The position numbers were made by a program, and so were the translations under genes. DNA of 64,000 bases from Verrucomicrobiota bacterium (GTDB taxonomy: Bacteria > Verrucomicrobiota > Verrucomicrobiia > Limisphaerales > AAA164-E04): contig CP170459.1 of NCBI GenBank assembly GCA_047947115.1, positions 2,656,001 to 2,720,000 of the forward strand. Reading direction: 5' to 3'. The notes under the pieces were generated by a model. The model searched no databases, was not told where the DNA came from, and saw only the letters and a program-made list of their open reading frames with translations. Below are positions 50,278 through 61,430 of the stretch, piece after piece (the first letter of the stretch is position 1; each line of letters begins with the position of its first letter).

Positions 50278-51129
50278 TTATTCTACAAATTCCAGTTCCT
50301 GACGATGCGGGATCAAACCCATCTCAAACGCCCGGCCCAGGAACCTTCGGATGGTTTCACGGCCTTTTTCGCCGTAATCCAGGGTCCAATCGTTCACGTA
50401 CATACCGACGAACTGATCCGCCAGATCCATCCCCATATCCCTGGCATACTGCAAAGCGTGAGCCACAGCCTCCGGCCGATGGTCCAGACTGAACTGAATG
50501 CTGCGGGTCAAAAGATCGGAAATTGATTTGCGGTCCTCGGGTGCAAAACGTTTGTGGATGACATTGCCACCAAGAGGGAGGGGTAAACCATCATTTTCGC
50601 GTCCCCACCAAACGCCCAGGTCTTCGCACAACTTCAATCCCTGGTCCTGATAGGTCAGTTGCCCCTCATGAATGATCAATCCCACATCCGCATCGCCACG
50701 ATTGACGGTGTCAAAAATCTGATCAAACGGGACCACCTTGTATGAGAACCCCGAAGCCGGTTTCCCGAGCCACAGTTGCAATGCGAGAAAGGCACTGGTC
50801 ATTTCACCTGGAACGGCGATGGTGCTCTTGGCAATTTCTTCTTTGGTAAAGCTTTGCTTTGCAACGAGCATGGGACCATATCCGTCTCCCATGCTGGCCC
50901 CACTCGGTAGCAGTGCATATTTGTCGCTGACATAAGCATACGCATGAATGCTGATGGCGCTGACGTCCAGTTCGCCGCGTGTTGCGCGTTCATTCAGCGT
51001 TTGGATGTCCTGCAGAATATGTTCGAAAGCAAGCCCGCCAGTCGGAATCAAATCCTTAGCCAGGGCATAAAACATAAAGGCATCGTCCGGATCAGGCGAA
51101 TGCCCCAGAGTAATCGTGCGATTGGTCAT
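50278..51129 (-). CDS. mqnD: 1,4-dihydroxy-6-naphthoate synthase (futalosine menaquinone pathway)
   Basis: GHSPDPDDAFMFYAL, DIQTLN, GDGYGP, IIHEGQLTY, LPLPLGGN, FVGMYVN. Confidence 0.9.
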   Translation of the reverse strand: MTNRTITLGHSPDPDDAFMFYALAKDLIPTGGLAFEHILQDIQTLNERATRGELDVSAISIHAYAYVSDKYALLPSGASMGDGYGPMLVAKQSFTKEEIAKSTIAVPGEMTSAFLALQLWLGKPASGFSYKVVPFDQIFDTVNRGDADVGLIIHEGQLTYQDQGLKLCEDLGVWWGRENDGLPLPLGGNVIHKRFAPEDRKSISDLLTRSIQFSLDHRPEAVAHALQYARDMGMDLADQFVGMYVNDWTLDYGEKGRETIRRFLGRAFEMGLIPHRQELEFVE

Positions 51130-51241
51130 GATGAATCAAATATAAAAATCTAACTAAGTCAGTCTTGATGACGTGCCGTTCCCGCATCAAAGACACACAT
51201 GCACTCTGTCCCAACACCCCCCACTCGGTCAAGGCTCGCAG

Positions 51242-51294
51242 GGGATCAGTCACAACTATTGGCGCAAAAAGTGCCAATAGTTGTGACTGATCCC
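51242..51294. repeat. Long palindrome (24-bp stem, 5-nt loop)
   Basis: GGGATCAGTCACAACTATTGGCGC-AAAAA-GTGCCAATAGTTGTGACTGATCCC; 23 of 24 positions complementary. Confidence 0.9.
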
Positions 51295-51432
51295 AAGGGA
51301 AAACCCTTGAAATCTTCGGGAAAGGTCCTGAAAAAGATCGTATGCGGATATCTAACGTTTGTGCTCGTTTTCAACTGCGATGAGTGGGTTGTGATGGATT
51401 ATTTCGAGGATGCATTGTCATTTGGTAATCGA

Positions 51433-53946
51433 ATGCCAGGAAATTCCCTTCCTTTGAGGAAGGTTATTACTCGGCTTTTAGTGTTCTTTACCGTTTTTCT
51501 GATTTCTCCGTGTTTGGTTGGGGAGGTTAATGAAAGACTCCTGATTGCTCCGTCTGCGTTCACTGCCGATTACTGGAGTGTCGAGGAGGGGCTTCCTCGT
51601 CATTCCATCACCGCCTTAACACAATCCACAGATGGTTACCTCTGGATTGGTATGTTTGATGGAATCGCCCGGTTTGATGGGACTTCTTTCCTATTTTTGA
51701 TCAACATTCCGTAGATGTATTAAAGAGTCATTCGATTCGCAGTATCCATGCCGATCACCGGGGGAAGGTTTGGTTTGGAACCGCTGGCGGAGGGATCAGT
51801 TGCTATTCCAATGGGCGTTTTGTCACTTATCATACCGAGGATTTTGATATCGCCTCCAATTATATTGGCGCCGTCATGGTGAATACCGAGGGCCACGTCT
51901 TCATGGGGAGTTCCGGGAATGGCATATCTCAGTTTCAGGATGGGCAAGTGATCGCCCGGAATGCCAGTGGAAAGTTTCCCGAACTCAAGGCCGTGTCGAC
52001 CTTGTTTCAAGATCGATTTGGACGTGTCTGGGCTGGAACGGATGGTGGTCTTTTGCGATGGATGGATGATCCGGATTGGGCCAGAAATGAAGGAATGCCA
52101 TGGATCACCGTGACGACTCAGATCCCAACCACCAAAGTTTGGAAACGTCAGGCCGTTTCAACTGGGATGCCATGCACAAGGTTTGGGCCAGCACCAGCGC
52201 TGGAGGGGTTTTGGTGATAGAGGAGAACACAATCAAGCATTACCCGCAGACGGAATCCATTCAGGACGCGATGATCACCTGCATGCTTGAGCGCTCTCCT
52301 GCGGAAACATGGATTGGAACCTATGGCCAGGGATTGTTTGAGATTTCGGAAGAAGGCATTCACCGACCATCTGGCATTGATTTGCCTGCTACCCTCAACG
52401 GGGATGGGATGGTTTATTCTATGATATTGGATGGGGCGGGAGGATTGTATGTCGGCACTTGGGGGCAGCATGTCTATCATCTTCCGAAAGAGGGGGCACC
52501 CTATCGGTTGGCAGAAGAGGTGGAAAATCGCACCGTGTTGACGCGTGTGCTGGCGATCGATCAAGAGGGAACATTATGGTCCGGCATCATTTACTGAGCG
52601 ATGGCCATCCGGAATGGTCCTATTATGGTAAGTCAGACGGATTGGGAACGTATGAAATGTCAGGGGGACACTTGGGGACGGTTATGAAAACTTCAGATGG
52701 TCGCTTGTGGTTTGGGACAACTTACGGTCTGGCGGTTGTGGATCCCGCAAATCTGGTAAATGAATCCGTGCCGCCAAAACCCGTCATTGAAAAGTTGGTG
52801 GTTGACGGCGTTCTGATGAACGGTATGGCGCAGGAGATCCGAGGTGCTCAGTGGAGGGGCTTGGAACAGCATGCGCCGGATACCACGAAGATATGGGATG
52901 ATGACGTTTCCGTGGAGGGACTCGGTTTGGCTCCCGTGATGTGTCGTTCTTCGAATCATCGTTATGAGTTCCATATAGGCGCGCTGCAATTTTCCCACCC
53001 ACAATCCGTATCTTTTCGCTATCGTATTCTGGGTTTTGATGAAGCGTGGCATGAGATTGGAAAACAACGAGTCATCCACATCTACGATCTGCCACCCGGG
53101 GATTACGATTTTGAACTGCAGGCTCGGTCTGTTTTACCTTTGTGGACTGAGGATACGGCTTTGATTGCCCTGATGGTGACTCCGCAAATATGGGAAACGA
53201 CATCGTTCCAATGGACATTCTTCTGTTTGACCGCTGGCGGGGTGATGTGGTTGGGGCGTTACCTGTCTCAACGTCGATTGCGAGTGCAACTGGAGAAAAC
53301 ATCGGAACAAAAGCGGTTGTTCGAAGATCCATCCCGCATACCCGAAACCTTGCATGACGATTTGGGGGCGAACCTGACGCAGATGGCTCTTCTCTCTGAT
53401 GCATCGCGTCGCGAAAAGGCATTGCCTGAAACAACACAGGCACACATCCGTCGCGTTGCATCACTGGCGCGTGAGAGCATCCGGCGGCTGGATGAAATCG
53501 TTTGGGCGATCAATCCCGCGAATGACCACTTGCAGCAATTATTGGATTATCTTTGCTCCTACGCGGATGAGTTTTTTGAACATTCTGACACGAAAGTGCG
53601 GTTCGAACTGCCAGATCAATTGGATGCTTTCCGTTGGCCGTCCAGGAGTCGGCTCGAGATTTTTTTGGCATTCAAAGAGTGCCTGAATAATGTGGCCAAG
53701 AGCGCCGAGGCAACTTTGGTGACCATTCAGCTTGAGCAAAGCAACAAGGGGTGGTTGCTGCGGATCCGAGACAACGGTAAAGGAATAGTTTCCGATAATG
53801 AGTCTCGGGGGCACGGATTGAAGAATATGAGAAAGCGTTTGGAACGCATCGGCGGAGGATGCCAGGTGAAAAGCGCACTGGGGAAGGGAACAACGGTGAC
53901 GTTTGCTTTGCCTGAACCCGGCGGCATTGGGGAGGTGAAATCATGA
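51433..53946 (+). pseudogene. Multiply frameshifted sensor histidine kinase (Reg_prop propeller, Y_Y_Y, HisKA_3, HATPase)
   Basis: Fragments in different frames: WSVEEGLP...QSTDGYLWIG...RFDG; VWFGTAGGG; QDRFGRVWAGT; WIGTYGQGL; DGRLWFGT; FRYRILG...LPPGDY; LHDDLGANLT; KECLNNVAK; DNGKG; GHGLKNM. Confidence 0.85.
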
Positions 53947-54584
53947 TGATTAGTGTTGCCATTGTTGAAGACGCAGCAGGTGTTCGGGAAAGCCTGGCCA
54001 TGTTGGTGGACGGGACGGACGATTGCCGATGTGTCGGTCATTACGAATCAGTTGAACTTTTTCTTTCAATGTTGAAGGACATCGAGCCGGATGTGGTGCT
54101 GATGGATATCAATCTACCGGGTGGTTTGTCGGGTATTGAAGGGGTGAGGCGTCTTAAAATTACTCATCCCAAGACTCAAGTGATCATGCTGACGGTATAT
54201 GAAGAGACCGAGAAAATTTTTGACGCGTTGAAGGCCGGTGCTTCCGGTTACTTGCTTAAGAGGGCGACTACGGAGGAAATCCTTGCAGCGATCCATGAAG
54301 TCAAGGGAGGGGGATCGCCCATGACACCTCATATCGCGAGGAAAGTGGTGCGGTCTTTTCAAGAGGTGAAGCCATCAACCCAAGTGCAGGAAACCTTGGC
54401 CAAACGTGAGAGAGAGGTCCTTCAGTCGCTGGCAGTGGGTTTCACTTACAAAGAAATTGCCGATACCTTGGGAATCAGTATTGAAACAGTCCGAACTTAC
54501 TTGCGTCGGATCTATAAGAAACTTCAGGTCAACACGCGGACTGAGGCGGTGGGCAAATATGTTTCAAATGACGGAACGGTTTAA
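53943..54584 (+). CDS. NarL/LuxR-family response regulator
   Basis: VAIVED, LMDINLPG, GASGYLLK, HTH REREVL...YKEIA...TVRTYLRRIYKKL; ATGA overlap with the kinase. Confidence 0.95.
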   Translation: MMISVAIVEDAAGVRESLAMLVDGTDDCRCVGHYESVELFLSMLKDIEPDVVLMDINLPGGLSGIEGVRRLKITHPKTQVIMLTVYEETEKIFDALKAGASGYLLKRATTEEILAAIHEVKGGGSPMTPHIARKVVRSFQEVKPSTQVQETLAKREREVLQSLAVGFTYKEIADTLGISIETVRTYLRRIYKKLQVNTRTEAVGKYVSNDGTV

Positions 54585-54679
54585 TGCTTCTATGGGCCAT
54601 CCGTTCCTTGTCCCCGAACCATGTGATGGCAGGTTTGGTGTGGTGCGATAGTATACCTTCTTTTTAACCTGAAACACCC

Positions 54680-57600
54680 ATGAGAATTTTGAATAAACGC
54701 CGTGATTGGTTCCCTTTCCAGTGTCGCTTTACCTGTGATTCATGGTTGTTGCCTATCAGCCTTTTAGCCAGCCTGTCGCTTGCGTTCGCTCAGGAGACCA
54801 TCAACGTGGATATCCAAGTCGACGGCAATGACTCTTACAGTGGGCCGAATGCTGCCGGCCAGTCCAATCCTATTTGGAATTATGCTGGAAGTGACCAAAC
54901 CAACTCGCTGGTGAACTCAAGTGGTTCCCCAACGGCGGTCGGTTTGACGTTGCAACACGCGAATGGTCGTTGGAAGACCGATTGGAGCACGCATGATTTG
55001 TTGGAAGATTTCATGTAGCGGGACGCCAATGCCGAAGGGCAGGTCATACTGAATGGATTGAATACGACGAAGCGTTATCATTTGCATGTCTATACCGGTG
55101 TCGAAGGAGGACAGTATCGGGTGGGAAGCCAAGTGCTGCACAGCGTGTATTCGGGTGCCAATGCTGGTGGAGATCCGGCGTATGCCGTCGGCACTTCTTT
55201 TGTTCAGGGAAAAAACGTTGTCACTTTTAAGGATCTTATTCCGGATGATCATGGCACAATGGTTCTTTACTACAGGGATTCACCATTGACCACAGCGCCA
55301 CATGGAAACAAGGCTGGTTTCACCCTTGAAGAAATACCCGACCTTTCAATTCCCATCCATGTGGATATCCAGGCAGGGAGTAGTGCTGGGTATGCCGGCA
55401 GTTCGGCATTCGACAGTGGTACGCCGATCTGGAACCACGTTTCACCGGATGCCGTATCAGGTTTGGTCAATGCCCGCGGCGAGAAAACCGCCATTGGTTT
55501 GGACATGTACGGAGCCAATGGGCGTGAGGTGACTTCCTGGACGACGCATGCATTACTGGGTGACTACCTCTACCGGGATCGCCACGGAACCGGAAATGCG
55601 GTGCTGACCGGATTTCCTCCCAACATGTCACTGGACCTGGTCCTCTACTCTGGTCTAGAGGGAGGCAAATGGGCGGCCAGTGGTAGAACAGCGCGCAATG
55701 CCTTCTCCGGCACAGGTGTCGGAGGGGATCCGGCTTATGCTCCCGGTGCCGCATGGGTGGAAGGGAAGAATTTTGTGGTCTTGCGAGGTGTGACTGCCGA
55801 TGGGAATGGCAACCTGCATTTGACCTACGGCGACAATCCTGATGACTCTGGAGATTACGGATTATTTGCGGGATTTTCGGTGGGGAAAGCCGGCACGTAT
55901 AGTGGGCCGTCCTCTTCTCCTGTTGCTCCTCCTCCGGCCACAAGTGGGACGCAGGTTGTATCCACCATTGCCGGGTTGGCCACGCTTTCACCCGGAACAG
56001 GCAGCACCGTGGTCATCAGTGGCCTGCCGGGTGGAACCAGCCTTACCTTGCGGGATGTTCAACCCGGACCGCCGTTGACCGCATCCCGGGGAGATTTGTA
56101 TTGGCTGGGATTTCCGATGCCAATCGCCAGTGTCGAGTGGGTTCCTGCGCGATCTGTCATTCGATTTAATGCAGACTTTGGATTGCCGTTTCCACTCTTT
56201 ACCGATGATTTCAATAATCCCATTCGACAGTCTGTCACACTGGAAGTCGACGCCGCCGGAAAGATTTCAATCATCGGAGGAAACATCTTCATCAAGGAAC
56301 TCAAAGTAGGGAAAACACTTCAGCTGGCCAATCTGGCCCTGCAGTTCGACAGCGCGACCAACACGGTGGGAGGCAGTGTTGAGGTGGCGATTGGTAATGG
56401 GAAGCCGGACCCTTGTTCTCCGGGGGAAAAAACCTATCCCTTCGTCGGTGGATTTATCAAGTTCCGCAATGGACAGCTGGATACGCTCACTGTCGGAGGA
56501 AGCAATCTCCGACAGCCAGTGGGCGCTGCCTATCTGGATCTGATCCAGGCAACTATTCGCAACTTGACCGATCCGAATGGGAATTGGGAAATCGAAGGGC
56601 GGATGCTCCTGAACGGTGGCTGCCCGATATCCATTCCCGGTGCAGACGTGTTTCCAGTGACCATTGATACCCAGGGGAAATATAGCAACGATCGAACCTT
56701 TTCTCTGAATGGGCAAGGGAAGATCTTCAACATTCAAGTTGCTGAGGCCGGTTTGACCGTGACACCGAGTGTGGTGGCAATGAATACCAAAATTGATTTT
56801 GCGGGGGCTTTCAACACCGACACCCGAATGACCATCGATTCGAATGGTGTCGCCGGTCGCTCGACCGGCACCCTGCGAGTGCCGGACAGTGTTGGTTGGG
56901 GATTAGGGGGGATGACGTTTGCCAATACAACTGCCACCTTGGACGGGAATGGGATCACTGGCAGTGTTTCCGTTCTGGTATCCCAGGGTTCCGCGGGATA
57001 TTGGACGGGGGGCTACAATAAGCGGGTGGGTTACAAAGGTCGCGCCTGTACACCCATTTTTGGAACTCCCTGCTGGGATGTTGATTTGTGTTGTGTCGAT
57101 CTCTGGATCCCTAAAGTGTGGGTACCCGCTATTCCGGAAGTCCGGTCAAATTTTGGCTTCTCCTATTCATGGTCTAACAACAGTTTGAATTTTCTGCCGC
57201 GATCAGAAGCCGTGCGGGATCCCTGGGATGATGGTTTTCGTCCGAGGATTCAGGTTCCGGAAAGTGGCGGATACCTGACACTTATGACCAATTGGGAACG
57301 TCTGGATCGTTCCTCTTCAGGATTTGGTGGGCGTGGATTTGAGATAGGATCCAGTGGTCAGCCGGAATCTGTCACTGACATTCCGGAGGGGACACCCAGC
57401 GCAATTTTCCGTCTGAACTACACGGCGGAGGATGTTGAAGAACCTTCATTTCAACTCACTCTCCCAAGTGGAACCATCCTGACATCAAAGTTGGGGGGAT
57501 TGCCGTTTGGTTACGAAAATGCCGCCGGATACAGTCGCTCCAATCCAAAAGCCAGCGAAGTGGTGATCCTGCTTTATAATCCCGCACCAGGACCATACAA

Positions 57601-59185
57601 AGTGGTGGTCGATCAGTCAGCATCCTTGGGCGATTTCAGTGTGGATGTGTTGGGTGAAACCACACCTCCATTTGGTGAAATAGTGCAAATGGAAGGTCCG
57701 GATGAATTTGGCTTGATCGAAGTTCTTTGGTTTTTGGAAGACATTGAAAATCCCGCGGAAGTTTCCTTCTACTTGCAACCCGATTCCGAATCGACTTCCG
57801 GTGGCATTCTCCTTGAGTCCGACATACGTAACGAATCAACTTCAGAAGATGATATAGAATATACCGTTTTCAATCTGGATGAAGTCGATGCTCCACCTGG
57901 ATTATATTACATCATGCTCAAGGTGAATGATGGGAATAACGAACCTTATTTTTCGTATTCAGATTACCAGATTGAATTTGATAACCCCGAGGCTCCGGAT
58001 CCCATCTGGGCCATATCCAGCGTGGCGGGTGACCGAAGCTTTACCCTCGAATGGGAAGCAAGCGACGCTGAAGATTTGGATCATTATGCCATTTTGTATT
58101 CAGAAGAACTGGACTCAGGAGAATTTGAGCACAGCATTCCAGTCGGAAAAGATGTGACTCGATATACATTGGATGGCTTGGAAAACGGAAAACCATACCT
58201 TGTGATAGTTGTGGCCCGTGATGTGGATGGTTGGCAATCTTGCGAATTGGATGTCCATCGTATCATCCCATCACGTGGCACCGGTCTGACACCGCCTGTT
58301 ATCGTGTCCACGCCGGACACCGATGCGACAGCAGAACATCAATACGCCTATTTTCTGCTTGGGTTCGATGGAGATGAAGCGATTGAAGCTGTGGATCTGC
58401 CTGATGATTGGGAACAAGCGGCTTTGGATCCCGACAGCTCGGAGCCAGCCTTAAGTTGGACCCTGGTGGCCGGACCCGATGGGATGACACTGGATCCCAG
58501 TGGCCTGTTGCTTTGGACCCCTCGGTCAGATGAGGTTGGGGAACATGACGTGATTGTTCAACTGAGTAAACCGTATCCGTCATTGACTGCAGATTCCTCC
58601 AAACCTCCATTGACGACTGAGCAGCATTTCAAGATCCAGGTGCTTGATGCATTTAATCTCAACGGACTTGAGGAGAATCCCTACACATTTATCAGCACAT
58701 CGCCCATCTACACCGAGGAAGGGGAGATCTACACTTACAAACCTCAAGTGCTGGGGCCGGATGAGGACACCCAAATCATCGTGGTCTTTGGTCCGGACGA
58801 CATGAATGTCAACGATGATAACGAGGTCGTTTGGGATGTGCCGACAGATGCACCCGGCTCTTTTGTGTGGTTACGGGGATTTACATCCGATGGATTTGTC
58901 GTGGAGCAGTTTTATTTCCTGCACGTACATTTATCCTGGAACCGTTTGCCGCAGGAACTGCGGATCACACAGATCGACCTTCTTGAAGAGGATGTGATGG
59001 TAAACTGGATAGGAAGTGCTCCCCAGGTGGTGGTTCAACGAGCGGACTCTTTGGAAAGCCCCCAATGGAAAACCATTTCCGATCCCATCGACCGGCACAC
59101 CATCAATCTGTTTACCGATCGAGACAACACCTTGGGTGCAGGTTATTACAGAGTGGTCGAAACACAGTCGGGAGCTGATCAATAG
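54680..59185 (+). pseudogene. Giant secreted/surface protein (two N-terminal repeats, beta-rich core, FN3, Ig/cadherin-like) with an in-frame TAG at 55016-55018
   Basis: ORFs 54680-55018 and 55058-59185 share a frame. Signal peptide. Repeat 1 HDLLEDFM*RD aligns with repeat 2 HALLGDYLYRD. FN3 (LEWEAS...YTLDGLENGKPYLVIVVARD); Ig (PPVIVSTP...GPDGMTLDPSGLLLWTP). Confidence 0.8.
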
Positions 59186-59382
59186 TATTTCAAGCTCGGA
59201 CCAACAAGTTCCCGTGCACAGGTAGATGGGGTTATTTTGTGCCGTGCGGTTGCGTGGCTCTTGAACCGCCCCGTTTTGTCAGCGATACGTGTGCAGGTTG
59301 GAGCCTGCATCGGGGTGTTTCCTTGGTGAGGTGAAAAGCAGCGGAAGGAGGCCGCAAGGGTTGCGCGTGGATGCGATCATCT

Positions 59383-59988
59383 CTACCTGGCATTCTCTTC
59401 GAAGAATTCCTGTTCGACGACTTCGCCGTGATCAAGCGTAACCTTAGCCTTGATGGATCCATTTTCATGCCATGAATGGGCCTCGCCGTGGGCGACACCG
59501 TTGGTCATTTGCATTTCTTCAGCCAATTGACCATTTGGATGCCATTTGCGAAAAGTGCCTTCGAACTGGCCGTTCTGAATGGTTCCCTCCGATTCCCTGG
59601 ATCCATCTTGACGCCATTTTTGGCGAAGTCCGTGTGCTACGCCTTTCTCGAATGATTCCTTTACCTGAAGTTGCCCGTTTTCGTGCCAACCTTCCGATAT
59701 ACCCTGCAATATGCCTTCGGATACCGCTGTCTGCGATTTGAGGGTGCCATCTTTGTAATAATCGACCACCACTCCCGTGAAGGGGGTGGTTTCATCAGGT
59801 GCGTAAATGAGGTCGTTTTCTTTACGGATATCCGATAATTTCAGGACGATTGGCTCGGGTGGTTTCACTTCCACATCGCGTGTCAGACCGATGTAAAATG
59901 CCGCAATCATCAGAACCAGCGCCGCCAACAGTGGCAGTGCGATTTTGGTTCCGATATACTTTTCCGAAGATTTTGATTCTGATTCCAT
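59383..59988 (-). CDS. Membrane-anchored MORN-variant repeat protein (YwqK-like)
   Basis: N-terminal TM, PFTG, repeats of the form WHENGQL / WHPNGQL / WHENGSI. Confidence 0.85.
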   Translation of the reverse strand: MESESKSSEKYIGTKIALPLLAALVLMIAAFYIGLTRDVEVKPPEPIVLKLSDIRKENDLIYAPDETTPFTGVVVDYYKDGTLKSQTAVSEGILQGISEGWHENGQLQVKESFEKGVAHGLRQKWRQDGSRESEGTIQNGQFEGTFRKWHPNGQLAEEMQMTNGVAHGEAHSWHENGSIKAKVTLDHGEVVEQEFFEENAR

Positions 59989-60283
59989 GAATGTGCGCTG
60001 ATGCGTTCAGGCAGCCTAAGGATGGCTTTTGAAGAAAGCAAACGAGAGAAGAATATTTTTCAGTTCACTCAAATATCACCGATCAAGGGCATGTTTGCCC
60101 TTGGGGTTTATTAACCGGATTCTGAAACACGGAACCATAGTACGGCCCGATTTCAGTAATCAGTTTTTCTGAGTGTTGCTCATGCTGGAATCCAACTGAT
60201 ACCGACGTAAGACTGAAACGGTTTTGAGAAATGTTGATTGGTGTTGGAAATCGAGTTTGTTTTCCCTCGCCAATGCCCAAGCA

Positions 60284-60553
60284 TCATTGTGTATCTTCGA
60301 TGGCTCTTTGCAATAAATTGGAGACGTCGTGTTGCTGAGCCCAAGATTTGAGGTAATCAAAGTGAAGGTCCCTGATCATGACTTTGATAATTCCGATGAC
60401 ATCCAACCATTGCTGTTCACACACTTCATTGCCGAGACGATCCCATTCCAGCTTTGAAAAATTAACGTGCTCTGGACTGGAAAAAGGAATTGTCGTATCT
60501 GAATCTGAGTGGGGGTTTTTCCAGACTATTCGACTTAACTGATTCCGGTCCAA
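60284..60553 (-). pseudogene. 5'-truncated remnant of a nucleotidyltransferase-like (toxin-antitoxin-associated) gene
   Basis: SSPEHVNFSKLEWDRLGNEVCEQQWLDVIGIIKV...FDYLKSWA resembles the C-terminus SPEDxILxKLxW...RQWxDV...DYLxxWA; in-frame stop just upstream; AT-rich, next to the tRNA 3' end. Confidence 0.55.
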
Positions 60554-60941
60554 ATCCTTCTTTTAGCTAAGTCGGTAATTCATTCGCCAACGAGCGGAAA
60601 TGTCTGGTAAACCAAACCACCCTCATGTCGACGGAATTCAACTGCGATTCCGGGAAATGGTAAAGATCAAACAAAAAACTGGGTCTGACCATGAATCCAC
60701 GAAAAACAAACGCTTCATCAGTCCAAGCGAAATGTGGCTTTTGACTTTCGCTGAAAACAGGAATCAGTTTCAACCGATTTATGGGTGTAGGCATACGAAC
60801 CTAAGATCCAGACCCTGTGCAAACACATTTGGGATAGAAAGGTGGCTGAAATGAAAATGAGATAGCAGAAATTTGAACAACATCTGAGACAAACTGAAAA
60901 TTGAAAGCATGTTCCCCCGCAATCCTCTATGGGGAGGTGTG

Positions 60942-61027
60942 TGGTACGCGAGAGAGGACTTGAACCTCCACGCCCTAAGGGCACCAGAACCTAAATCTGG
61001 CGCGTCTGCCAATTTCGCCACTCGCGC
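60942..61027 (-). tRNA. tRNA-Leu(TAG)
   Basis: GCGCGAGTGGCGAAATTGGCAGACGCG-CCAGA-TTTAGGT-TCTGG, long variable arm, GGAGGTTCAAGTCCTC, CTCGCGTACCA; 86 nt with encoded CCA. Confidence 0.97.
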
Positions 61028-61430
61028 ATCAATCGGTGAAACTCTAACGTGCTGTTCTGTGGTTTGGCAAGTCTCACCTTCGTTTCGTTTGAATCTATCT
61101 ATCATGGGGGGAGTGATGCACAGCGGTGGAATGCCTGTTTCACTTATCAAGAGATTTTTTAATCACAGTGTTCCGAACTGCGCTTCAGGGGTTTCGATCA
61201 GCATGACGCGCTCATGGACCTGCGGCAGCGGTTCCCTACCTGTTCCATGGTTCCGCTCTATGGGTTGGGTAGGCGTTTTTTGCTGCTTTTTTTCATAGTT
61301 TTGGCCATTCTGTCCCTTATTGCGGGTGTGAGTGGTGAATGGGCCTTTCTGAATAATTCACTATTCACGCATAAGGGATCGACCCGATCTACCCGCGACA
61401 GGGACGTCACGTTCTACCTTAGAGGATTGA

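Noticed and set aside
51199..51432. N-terminal extension of the kinase ORF
   Set aside because: It reads through the 24-bp palindrome; the signal-like sequence starts at about 51433.
17074..55018. Stop-codon reassignment explaining the in-frame stops
   Set aside because: The implied residues differ (Leu and Tyr), and TAA and TAG end many normal genes here. The tRNA has anticodon TAG (reads CUA) and is not a suppressor.
59383..59988. Active toxin-antitoxin or immunity system
   Set aside because: Only MORN-variant repeats with a TM anchor are present, with no recognisable cognate toxin. The YwqK label is generic.
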